Shown here: positions 11,821 through 22,781 of the stretch, one piece after another
Position numbering within the stretch: the stretch's first letter is position 1
Layout: every line of letters starts with the position of its first letter
NCBI GenBank assembly: GCA_043228905.1
Contig: JBHGNT010000009.1
Span: 9,610,001 to 9,674,000, forward strand
Source of the DNA: Azolla caroliniana
Lineage: Eukaryota > Plantae > Polypodiophyta
Reading direction: 5' to 3'
Length of the DNA: 64,000 nucleotides
The notes under the pieces: generated by a model
What the model saw: the letters and a program-made list of their open reading frames with translations, nothing else
Databases searched by the model: none
What the model was told of the DNA's origin: nothing
Made by a program: the position numbers and the translations under genes

Positions 11821-12470
11821 TGACAGGAATATGTGGAATAATGCTTGGCCACAACTGAGTCTTCAATCACTTAATGATAATCAAACATAGAAGAAATGGG
11901 CAATGAGGTAAATACACGAACACACGTATGTAAGAGAGAGTACACAGTATGTTAACGTGGAAAACCCTGAGAGGGAAAAAAACCATGGGAGCCTACAGAC
12001 TCCAAACTATCACTATATCAAAGAATACAACAGGGGGCTCAGAGGCAACGACCTCGTGCTCACTCTCTTCGCATTGCGGTGGTTACAACAGAGACTCACT
12101 CTGTCTCTCTGTCTCTCTGTCTCTACTACGCTTTGTACAACAGTTACACCAATATCACTATACAAGATAATGACCAACAACACGATCAGTGTTTGCCCTA
12201 AGTCATATTTATACTAATATGATATTAGGACTATTTACAAGTATAGACTCAATGGGCTCTCAGAAACATATTTATCTATATCTCCCTTCATCTAGTGAGA
12301 AGTTCTCACCGGGCCTGTAATCATCCGGTTCTCACCGGGTCTTCCTCGTCGGGTACTCATCATCCGGTTCTTACCATGTCTTCCGTTGCCGGGTACTCAT
12401 CATCCGGTTCTTACCGGGTCTTCCGTTGCCGGGTACTCATACCCCATCCGGAGGGACCGAAATCCTAACA
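11821..12470 (-). repeat. copia 3' LTR with about 40-bp internal tandem repeats
   Basis: Direct repeat of 16530-17193 with TG...CA termini. Confidence 0.95.
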
Positions 12471-12499
12471 AACTCCTCCTTCACTTCAGCATGGGATGC

Positions 12500-15400
12500 T
12501 TCGTCAATCCGATCCTCTTCCTGCATGCATGTAGCTTGTCGGGTGTCAGCACTTTGGTCAGTATATCTGACCTGTTCTCCTCCGTGTGGATTTTCGTCAG
12601 CACAAACTCCCGATCTTCTACTCGCTCCTAGATCCAGTGGTACCTCTGCTGGATGTGCTTTGTCCTGGAATGAGACGCCGCGTTCTTCGCAAGGTGGATG
12701 GCACTTTGACTGTCGCAATAGAGCTGGTATTCCTCTTGCCGGATCCCTAGCTCTTTGATGAAGTCCTTCATCCACAGTGTTTCCTTGCCGGCTTCCACAA
12801 CCGCCATGTACTCCGCTTCTGTGGTTGACAACGCAAACATCTTCTGTAGCCTCGATTGCCATGGAACAGCTCCCCTTGTATATGTCATGACATATCCGGA
12901 TGTTGACCGACTGGTATCCACATCAACCGACATATCCGAATCGGTGAAACTGTCAAGTTGGGGTTTACCGGAGCCAAATCGGAGGCACATACTTGAGGTG
13001 CCTTTCGAGTACCGGAGTATCCATTTTACCGCATTCCAGTGCTCCTTATCGGGATTGCTCATAAACCAGCTCACCACTTTGATTGCGTATCCGATATCCG
13101 GTTGGGTACACACCATTGCATACATTAAGCTCCCGACGGCAGAGGCATATGGTATCTTCATCATATCCGCCTTCTCTGCCTTCGTCTTCGGGTTTTGCTT
13201 ACTAGATAACCTTAAGTTTGCCGGGAGTGTCGATCCGACTGGTTTCGCATCTGACATGTTGAACCGCTGAAGCACCTTTGTCACGTACTTCTCCTGTGAC
13301 AGCCACAATTGCTTCTTTGACCGGTCCCGGATGATATGCATCCCTAGTATCTGTCTTGCCGGACCCAAGTCTTTCATTGAGAAGGTCCGTATCTTGACTT
13401 GGTCTCATTTGACGATCAACATGTCGTCCAAGTACAGGAAGAGTATAAGGAAGTCTCCACCTTCGAACCTCTTCACAAATACACAGTGATTGGCCTGCGT
13501 CTTGTGGTACCCTTGGTTGGTCATGAAGGAGTCAAACTTCCGGTACCATTGCCGGGGAGCCTGCTTTAAACCGTAGAGGCTCTTCTTCAACCAGCAAACC
13601 AGGTGCTCCTTCCCTTTCTTCACAAATCCCTCCGGTTGCTACATGTAGATCTCCTCTTTGAGGTCGCCGTGGAGGAACGTCGTCTTCACGTCTAACTGCT
13701 CTACCTCGAGGTCCATGCTTGCCGCTATGCTCAGCACTGTCCGGATGGAAGTCATCTTTACTACCAAGGAAAATATCTCGTTGAAGTCCACACCCTTCTT
13801 CTGTTGGAACCCCTTCACCATGATCCTAGCTTTGTACCTTGGGGGGTTGCCGACATCTCCCGGTTTCAACTTGTACACCCACTTATTCCGGAGTGCCTGC
13901 TTTCCTTTCGACAACTCTACTAGTTCATACGTGTGGTTCTCATGCAGGGAATCCATCTCGTCCTGCATGGCACTTAACCACTTGCGGCTATGGGTGTCCT
14001 CCTTTGCTTCTTTGAAGCTTTCCGGCTCCCCCTCATCGGTCATCAACACATGCGTTGCATCCGGAAATCTTCAGGGGGCTCTTCTCTCTCTGAGAGGATA
14101 TCTCCGACTTCGGTTTTCGGTAACCGGCTCCTGCATCTGTTCTTCATCCGAATCCGATTCGGGGTCTTGGCCGGTTCCGATTTCTGCTTCTTCTTCTTCC
14201 TCGGTCGGTTCGGTATCCTCACCGTAACCGGCCGGTTCTTCGAGTGTTAACTAGATCTTTCCCAGTTTGGTTTGCATCTCATCGAACCGATCCTTACCGG
14301 TCGACTCAGACTTCATTATCTTCTTCTCCGACTCCCAGTCGGCAAGGGTCTTGTCCTCCATGAAGATAATATCTCGACTCCGGAAAACCTTCTTGTTGAC
14401 CGGATCCCATACTCGGTAGCCGAACTCATCATCGCCGTTCCGAGGAATATGCATGTTCGGGTCTTTGGATCCAACTTTCCTCTCCGGTCCTTAACAACAT
14501 GCACGTACGCAAGACACCTGAACACCTTCAAATGCCGATAGGATACTTCCTTACCGGTCCACACTCTCTGCGGCGTGTCTCCATTCAAGGGTACTGAGGG
14601 TGACCTGTTTATCACATATGTCGTTGTCGACAGCGCCTCAGCCCAAAACGTCTTGGGTAATTTTGCATGTGCCAGCATACTCCAGACCCTCTCCATTATG
14701 GTCCGGTTCATCCTCTCGACCAGCCCATTTAGTTCCGGCGTCTTCGGCACGGTAAATTCGAGCCGGATTCCCTTCAAGCGGCAGTACTCCTCGAACTGCC
14801 CCCGGTATTCTCCTCCGTTATCTACTCGAACCGCCTTCAGCTTCTGGCCAGTTTCTCTTTCCACTCTTGCGTGGAGCTCCTTGAAGACGGATAACACCTG
14901 ATCCTTCGTCTTCAACGGCGAGACCCATAGCTTCCGGTTGTGGTCATCTATGAATGTCACGAAGTACTGCGCTCCGGCATGTGACTTCGTGTCCACTTGA
15001 CACACATCTATATGCACTAGCTCTAGCGGTGCATTACGTCTCATCGGTGGCCTTGAGCGGAAGGAGGTCCGGTTTTGCTTACCGGCCAGGCAGTCGGTGC
15101 ACTTCTCAAGATCCACGTCCTTCACCGGAATGAGGTTGTCATCGGCAAGGCTCCTCATCCCCTTCTCGCTCATGTGACACAGTCTCTTGTGCCACAACTC
15201 ACCGGTAGTGTCGGATGCCACGCTCACGTCTTCTCGGCATAACCAAGCATTCATTAGGTACAGTGTGTTGACCTTCCGGGCCTGAGCCACTATCAGGCTC
15301 CCCTTGCTAAACTTCATGACACCGTTCCGGATGCTACCCGTGTAGCCTTCATCATCCAGCCAACCTGCTGATATCAGGTTCAGTCGAACCTCCGGAATGT

Positions 15401-16499
15401 GTCGAACATCCTTCACCAGCAACTTCCATCTGGTTGGTGTTGTCAGACACACGTCTCCTATGCCGACAATTCGGCATGTACCTTCATTGCCCATCCGGAC
15501 ACAGCTGCGCTCACCGGCTGTGTATGATGAGAAGCATCTCTGGTCCGGAGTCAGGTGGAACGACACTCCGGAATCGACAACCCACGTTGTCTCGTCGCCG
15601 GCAAGGTTCAACTCACTCTCCTCGGTGATGAGCATCAACTCTTCTTCACTTGCCGCAATTGTCTTCGTTCCCTTCCGGTCCGGTCCCCTCCGGTCTTTAC
15701 CGTTTCGGTCCGGTGACTGCTTCGAATCGGTACTGTTGGTTTCCTTTTCTTTTCGGAAATGCCGGCAGTTGTTCTGGAAGTGCCCCGGCTTCCCACAGTA
15801 GAAGCAAGTAGGCCTTCCCCTTGACTTTGACTGTGTTCCCGACTTTTCCCGGTTCTGGGGACTCCGGTTCCTTTGTCTTCCACGTTCCGATTCAGTAAGG
15901 AGCACATTAGAGTTGGAGATCGTATCCTTGTCTTTCCGATGCGCCTCCTCATCTAGCAAGCTCGACTTGACTCTTGCTAGGGATAACTGCTTCCCTTCCG
16001 GCCCGGCGTTGCCCAAAGTGACAACCAACGTCTCCCATCTATCCTGGAAGGAACCGAGCAGGAGTAGTGCTAGTACCTCATCGACGAGAGGTACTTCCAA
16101 CGATGTTGGCTGGTGAATCAGCCCCTGGAAGGCATTCATGTGCTCCGCCATGCTGGAGCCATCTTGGTACCGGAGCCTCGTTAGTTTCCGAAATACCAAA
16201 ATCCGATTTACAACATTTTTGTTCTAAAACATAATGCCGATCTTCTCCCAGAGCTCATGACCCTTACTCTCCTCATTGAAGTTGTTGTATAGGCTCATGT
16301 CGATGAAACACCAAATGTACGCCATTCTCTTCATGTGCATCACCTCCCACATCGTGGCATCGATCTTATCCGGTCTCTTGTCCCCGAACTGAATCGGCAA
16401 CCAAAGATCTTTGACCACGAGCATGTCCCTCATCTTCGACTTCCACACTGAGTAGTTGGAGCCAGTGAGCTGGAACATGCCTCCCAACGAATCTTCCAT
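12500..16499 (-). pseudogene. copia gag-pol, fragmented
   Basis: CFYCGKPGH knuckle, WVVDSG protease, LWHKRLCH, HIDV/FIDD integrase, YKAR, SLYGLKQAPRQW, YLDD, FTDSD...TKHI. Confidence 0.95.
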
Positions 16500-16529
16500 T
16501 TTCTGTGTCGTTTCGCTCTGATACTAGTT

Positions 16530-17193
16530 TGACAGGAATACGTGGAATAATGCTCGGCCACAACCGAGTCTTCAATCACTTAATGATAATCAAACACAGA
16601 AGAAATGGGCAATGAGGTAAATACACGAACACACGTATGTAAGAGAGAGTACACAATATGTTAATGTGGAAAACCCTGAGAGGGAAAAAAACCACGGGAG
16701 CCCATAGACTCCAAACTATCACCATATCAAAGAATACAACAGGGGGCACAGAGGCAACGACCTCGTGCTCACTCTCTTCGCATGGCGGTGGTTACAACAG
16801 AGACTCACTCTGTCTCTGTCTCTGTCTCTGTCTCTGTCTCTGTCTCTACTACGCTTTGTACAACATTTACACCAATATCACTATACAAGATAATGACCAA
16901 CAACACGATCAGTGTTTGCCCTAAGTCATATTTATACTAATATGATATTAGGACTATTTACAAGTATAGCCTCAATGGGCTCTTAGAAACATATTTATCT
17001 ATATCTCCCTTCATCCGGTGAGAGGTTCTCACCGGGCCTGCAATCATCCGGTTCTCACCGGGTCTTCCTCGTCGGGTACTCATCATCCGGTTCTTCCCGG
17101 GTCTTCCGTTGCCTGGTACTCATCATCCGGTTCTTATCAGGTCTTCCGTTGCCGGGTACTCATACCCCATCCAGAGGGACCAAAATCCTAACA
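16530..17193 (-). repeat. copia 5' LTR
   Basis: Matches 11821-12470; PBS immediately inside. Confidence 0.95.
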
Positions 17194-18699
17194 CAAGGAT
17201 CTGGAGCATGGAGGAAGAAATTGAGAAGACCAAAGCAGACATGGCAAGACAGGTCAGTTAGGGGCCGACAGGACCAAGACTGGTGGCGCCGGTGACTGAG
17301 TAGATAGATAACATGCCGGTAGCTCCTATAGCACCGGACACAAGAATCACATGGGAGCAAGAAGTCTCCACTCTCAGGGAAGAGTTAGAAGCCCAGGAGG
17401 CCTTGAGGGCTAGAGAACGAGAGCAGAAGAAGACAGTAGAGGATGAGAAACGAAGACTCGAGGAAAATCTCCAGAAAAGCTGCCAATTAAATGACCAGTT
17501 GCAAGAAGAAAGGGAGAAGCTGCTACAAGAGAAGGATAAGCTCCAGTGATCGGTGGAAACCGAAATCGAGAGACTCAAAGAAGAACTCCGACAGCAGAAA
17601 GACAGGGAAGACCGCGTCGACGCCAAATAAACCAAAAGCTGAAGCAGAAGACAGAGGATTTTGAACGATTGCACCGAGATGACAAGTATTTGGATGCGGA
17701 GCACAAGAAGTTGATGGTAGAATGTTACCGGCAGCAGGAGAAGCAAATGGAACTCCGGAAGGAAGTCCACAGGGCGATAGAGGCATTGGAAGAAGCGGCA
17801 AGGGACCAGACGGAGCTCAACCAGCAGCATTATGAGGAGATGGAACGAGCAAAGATGGCATTGAACAGAGTTTAGACCACTTATCAAACTAAATTCCTAG
17901 AATATGTGGTGCAGGCACATGCAATCGCGGGCCTGATAAAGAAGTTAAAGGAGGAAAATCAGGCTCCAGAGGACAAATCCAAGCTGGGGCTCGGCTGGAT
18001 CCGTGCCATTGTGTTGGCATGGAAAGAACGAACAAAGAGTATGATTGGTGAAAGATCACTGCAATGGTGGTCAAAATGGGCACAACAGGTGGCGGAATTA
18101 CAGACGCTGCGAGTGGATGTGGAAAACTGGAGTAAGGATGGTGACAACTTCTACAAGATGGATGCAAAGAGTATTGTAACCATCTGGGAGTTGTCGGACG
18201 ATTTCTTGTCCTTGGAAGGGGAACAATTGGTGGCTGGTAGAGCAGCTAGATGATGACCAGCTTGGCACTCAACTCCAGCTCGAGCGATACGAATGGGAGT
18301 GAAGACAGCAGATAGCTTCGCAAATGTCGACGGAAATTAACATCAGTGATGGAGAGCAATCTTCAGAGCATCCACCGAATGTAGCTGGGACCGGAGGAGG
18401 CCAGCCAAACGAAGCCCAAGTAGAATAGCCGGATGAAGTCAGTCCAAAGGAGCCAGACAAAGCCCTAGTGCAGTAGTAGGAGGAGCCAACGATGGAGGAG
18501 CTGGAGCCAGAAGCGCTGAGACCAGTAGAGTCGGATACGGATAGGGCCGGAGAGGAAGAGCCGGCCAAAGACCAACAATAGCAACAACTACAACCGGAGG
18601 AGCAACATCAGCAACTGATGGAGCAACTACTCGATGAACCATTGGAGTCCTTAGACTAGAGCATTTTGGACATTTTGGAGGATGAATGAAGGGGATAAC

Positions 18700-19180
18700 T
18701 GTGCGTTCGACGTACAATGTATTGTCCCACGGGCGTGCCATGTGTTGGCTTGTTAGGCCAGAGTATGAAAGGGGAGTCAGTTTTGGGAGTTGTAATTAGA
18801 TAAATTATAATAATTATAAGATCGGATGGACAAACCTGGAATCGATATGCCAATCCGGAACTGGACCGATTCGTAGCCGGTTGCCGGTTGGCACCGGTTT
18901 GTAGCACAACCGGATACCTATAAAAGGATCCAGAGATGATGTAATCGAGGACGGATAATTAATAGAGATCTTCTGTGTCTTTATGTATTGTGTATCTTGT
19001 TAATACCGTTCTGTGCTTAAAACGATTGTCCTATGTGTGTATCAAGTTAATCATCCGGATAGTAACTGGGAAGGATCGGTCCTATATCACGGTCTGCACA
19101 TTCCTTACCGTACCACCCCTTTGGTGAAGTGTTCTAAAGGGACACCCTGTGTTAGCGGTTTGTCTAGCTCGGCGACAACA
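18700..19180 (+). repeat. 3' LTR of the extra-ORF gypsy element
   Basis: Follows a purine tract; TGT...ACA ends; TATA motif; similar to 55634-56091. Confidence 0.75.
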
Positions 19181-19378
19181 CATTTCTCCGACTTCGCATT
19201 GGGCTTATGTCAGTTGTCATTCGGGATGCGTACATTCGCAATGCTTCCAAACACCTTGAGGTGTGATAGGATCGGCTTCCTTCTAACAAGGAGTTCGTAT
19301 GGAGTTAGTTCATGTACTCCATTAGTGGTGCATCGATTCATGAGATAGACGGCCGTGGACGCCACTTCGGCCCAATAG
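19181..19378 (-). pseudogene. copia integrase fragment
   Basis: Minus strand reads YWAEVASTAVYLMNRCTTNGVHELTPYE...HLKVFGSIA. Confidence 0.8.
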
Positions 19379-19792
19379 TGTTAGGAACAATACTAAGACA
19401 GAGAAGGAATTAGTACTAAAAGATGAGGATTTGTACTAAGGGAGGTGTAGAACTCTCGAGAGAAGGAAAGAGTGAGTGAGAGAACGAGAATGATGATAAC
19501 AAAAGATATATATTATGTTAAGAGAATAGACAATAGTAGCGAGGAGGCTAATGACTGGCGTGGAACCAATTTGGTTCGAAATAATGCCTTGTGCCTCCTA
19601 AGAGAATATACGATAGTAGCGAGGAGGCGTAAGACTAGCGTTGAACCAATTTGATTCGAAATAATGCCTTGTGCCTCCTTTTATAGTGTTCTCAGGAGTA
19701 CTCTTGAAGTTTCTAGAATGTTCCAGAGAAATCTAGAATATACATCAATTTTCTATGGTAAAACTTAAATGAAAAGAATATTTTTTGTATTA

Positions 19793-19862
19793 CAACATAT
19801 AGTCTAATGGTCAAGAGCTCGACCCATGTAACATAAGGTCATGGGTTCGAGTCTTGTCATAT
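19793..19862 (+). promoter_or_regulatory. tRNA-like Pol III A/B-box module in U3, antisense to the element
   Basis: A box TAGTCTAATGG at 19800; B box GGTTCGAGTC at 19844. Confidence 0.6.
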
Positions 19863-22562
19863 CATGACACTATCCCCCCTTTAAAACGACAAGTGTCACT
19901 AGTCGTTTTGGATTGAGGACCCGGTTTGTCTGGATATTGACGATGGAAGTCTTCAAGAAGAGCACGAGCATTGGTCACAATCTCTATTGGTTCCCAAGTA
20001 CGCTTGTTGGGATTATTTCCTAGCCAATCGACTAAATAGTAGAGCTTGTTGCAAACAATCTTAGAATTGAGGATGGCGGCAACCTCGTACTTAGGTCCAT
20101 CTTCAAGTTCGATCGGGGGTGGAGGTTGTTTAATACAACCTGGGATGGTGTTGTCTTGATAGGGTTCGAGGAGAGAACTATGAACGACCGGATGTATCCG
20201 AAGTTGTGGAGGTAGATTGAGACGAAAAGCGACATCATTAATTTTTCCGATAATACGAAAAGGACCTAATCGCCGATAATCCAACTTCTCGCATGGGCGA
20301 GTAGTCTTGATGTGTCGTCGTGGTAGCCATACCCGATCTCCAATGTTAAAATTGGATGGAAGCCGATGACGATCCGCATAAACCTTGTGTGTTTGTTGAG
20401 CTTGCTGTAGATGAGTAGATAAATCCGTTTGTATCTTGCGTAACCACTCCAAACGATCCTCTGCGCAAGGATTTATGGGTAACTCTGGCATTTCAAATAC
20501 ACACCAAGCCCGTATAAAATACACACCAAGCCCGTATAAGCATAAAATGGTGTAACCTTTGTCGATGAGTGGACAGAGTTATTATAAGCAAATTGGGCAA
20601 AGTGGAGAATATCTGCCTAGTCATCTTGATGATAGCTTAGAAAGCACCAAAGATATTGCTCCAACGTTTGATTTGTTCATTCTGTTTGGCCGTCTATTTG
20701 CGGGTGGTAGCCGGAGGAGAGGTTACAAGTGACCTTGAGCGTTTTAAAGAGGTGCTTCTAGAATTTCGAGACGAACTGGGGTCCATCGCTGATGATACTA
20801 TCGGGAAGGCCATGATACCGACATACTTCACGCATGATAGTTTTGGCGGTTTCCTCACTGGAGATTTCCTTAGTACATGGCAGGAAATGGGCCATCTTCA
20901 TATATCGATCTACTACTGTTAAGATCGCATCGAATCCCTTAGAGACCGGAAGATCTGTGATGAAATCTAGAAAATGGATTGCCACGGCTTGCTTGGAATT
21001 GGTAATGGTTCTAATAAACCATATGGATGATGCCTTGGCATTTTTGCTCTGCAACATGTATCACAAGTCCGAACAAAATCTTCGACAAATTGTCGCATAT
21101 GGGGCCACCAGAATGATCATTGTACTAAATCTAATGTTTTTGTACTACCAAAATGCCCAACTGTATATGTGTCATGATAGTTTTGGACTACTTGAAGGCG
21201 ACAAGAACCATTAGGAACATACAAGAGTTTCTTAAAGAATAGTAATACATCATGACATTCGAATTGTCGATAGTCCATACCTGGTTGTTGCGACTGTGAA
21301 CAAGATGCTCGAGAGGGATCAATTTGTGCTAGAATGGCTTGGGCGAAAGCATCTGTCTTCAAGTCCTCACATATAGTATCGATAACGTGGGAATCCAAGG
21401 GCATACCAAAGACCTGCATTGCTTGCAGTCATGCCGGTCCTAGGATTACTTGCTTTTGGTTATTGAAAGTTGGCCCACTAGGACGCGGTGCTAGATACAA
21501 GCGCCGTGATAATGCATTGCCTTCCCTTGTTGCTTCCCCGGTTGATATGTAATTTTGAAGTCGAAATGAGTGAGGAATTGGGCCCACCAAGCTTGACGTC
21601 GATTTAACACATGAGCATTCCGAAAGAAGGCGAGGTTTTTGTGATCACTGAATACGGTGACTTGAGGAGAAGATCCCTCTAGAAAATGTCTCCAATGCGT
21701 AAAAGAGTCCACTATTGCTAATAGCTCCTTATCATGAATTTCATAGTTGATTTCGGTGGCATCAAACTTGCGTGAGTGGAAAACCACAGGATGGAGCTTT
21801 TCATCATCGCCTTGTTGTGATAGAATGCTACCCAAGGCGAAATCCAACGTGTCGGCTTCGATGATGAATGGTTTTTCTGGATCAACATGAGCTAGAATAG
21901 GAGCTGATGTAATTGCCTTCTTAAGACTCTCAAAAGCCATGTCTGCTTCTTCAGACCAAACGAACGATTGTCCCTTCCTGGTAAGCTGTGTGAGAGGCAG
22001 AACAAGTTTTGAGTAATCCTGTATAAACTTGTGGTAGAAATTGGCAAAGCCTTAAAAGCATTGCACATTCCGCAACGAACGGGGAGTCTACCACTCTACC
22101 ACCGTTTTGACCTTAGCTCGATCCATGGAGATGCCTTCCGAGGAAATGACATAGCCCAGAAATTCTACCTGGTTGCACTCGAAACTACATTTTTCCAGCT
22201 TTGCATAAAGACCATGTTGTCAAAGTCGTTTTAGTACTAACAGTACATGAGAATCATGCTCTTCGTGGGTCTTCGAATAAACCAGTAGATCATCCAAATA
22301 GATGATCAAAAAAACATCCAAGAGATCTCGGAATATAACTTTTGCCATGTGTTGGAAGACTGTTGGCGCATTAGTGAGGCCAAATGGCATGACCGTGTAC
22401 TCGAAGTGCCCATATCTGGTGCGAAACGCGGTCTTCCATTCATCCCTTGGTCGGATCCGTACGAGGTTATATGCTCCTTGTAAATCGATCTTTGTGAATA
22501 ACCTTGCACCATTGATCCGTTCTAAAAGACTTGAGATAAGGGGAAGTGTATACCAATTCCTG

Positions 22563-22733
22563 ATGAGTGTGAATGTAAGTGTGAGTGTGGTGGATACAAA
22601 GAGGTGCGAGTGAGTGACTAGGTGTGAATGCCCAAGGGGCTTGCACCCTTGTGGATCTATCCCTTTGTACCTATTTAACCCCTTATGGGGAATGAATGAA
22701 GAGAATAACCATTTCTCTCTCAATCTCTCTCTT

Positions 22734-22781
<48 letters not shown>

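Larger units (their letters stand above)
11821..17193 (-). mobile_element. Full-length Ty1/copia element with 5-bp TSD CAAGG
   Basis: Two similar LTRs, CAAGG at 11816-11820 and 17194-17198, Met-type PBS (TAGTATCAGAGC), PPT, and gag-PR-INT-RT-RH order. Confidence 0.96.
10423..18640 (+). pseudogene. Extra 3' ORF of unknown function (coiled-coil, acidic tail), split by the copia insertion at 11821-17193
   Basis: Collinear ORF pieces 10423-11823 and about 17199-18640; EKARSR before the insertion continues after the CAAGG duplication. Confidence 0.7.
7250..19180 (+). mobile_element. Non-chromovirus Ty3/gypsy element, 5'-interrupted, with an extra 3' ORF; hosts a copia insertion
   Basis: pol fragments, a long sense ORF after pol, a PPT near 18677-18699 and a terminal LTR. 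Confidence 0.85.

Noticed and set aside
12300-12450. CRISPR-like repeat array
   Set aside because: Tandem LTR repeats without unique spacers, in a eukaryotic context with no cas genes.
10423-18640. Envelope gene
   Set aside because: No convincing signal peptide or transmembrane segment in the recovered fragments.
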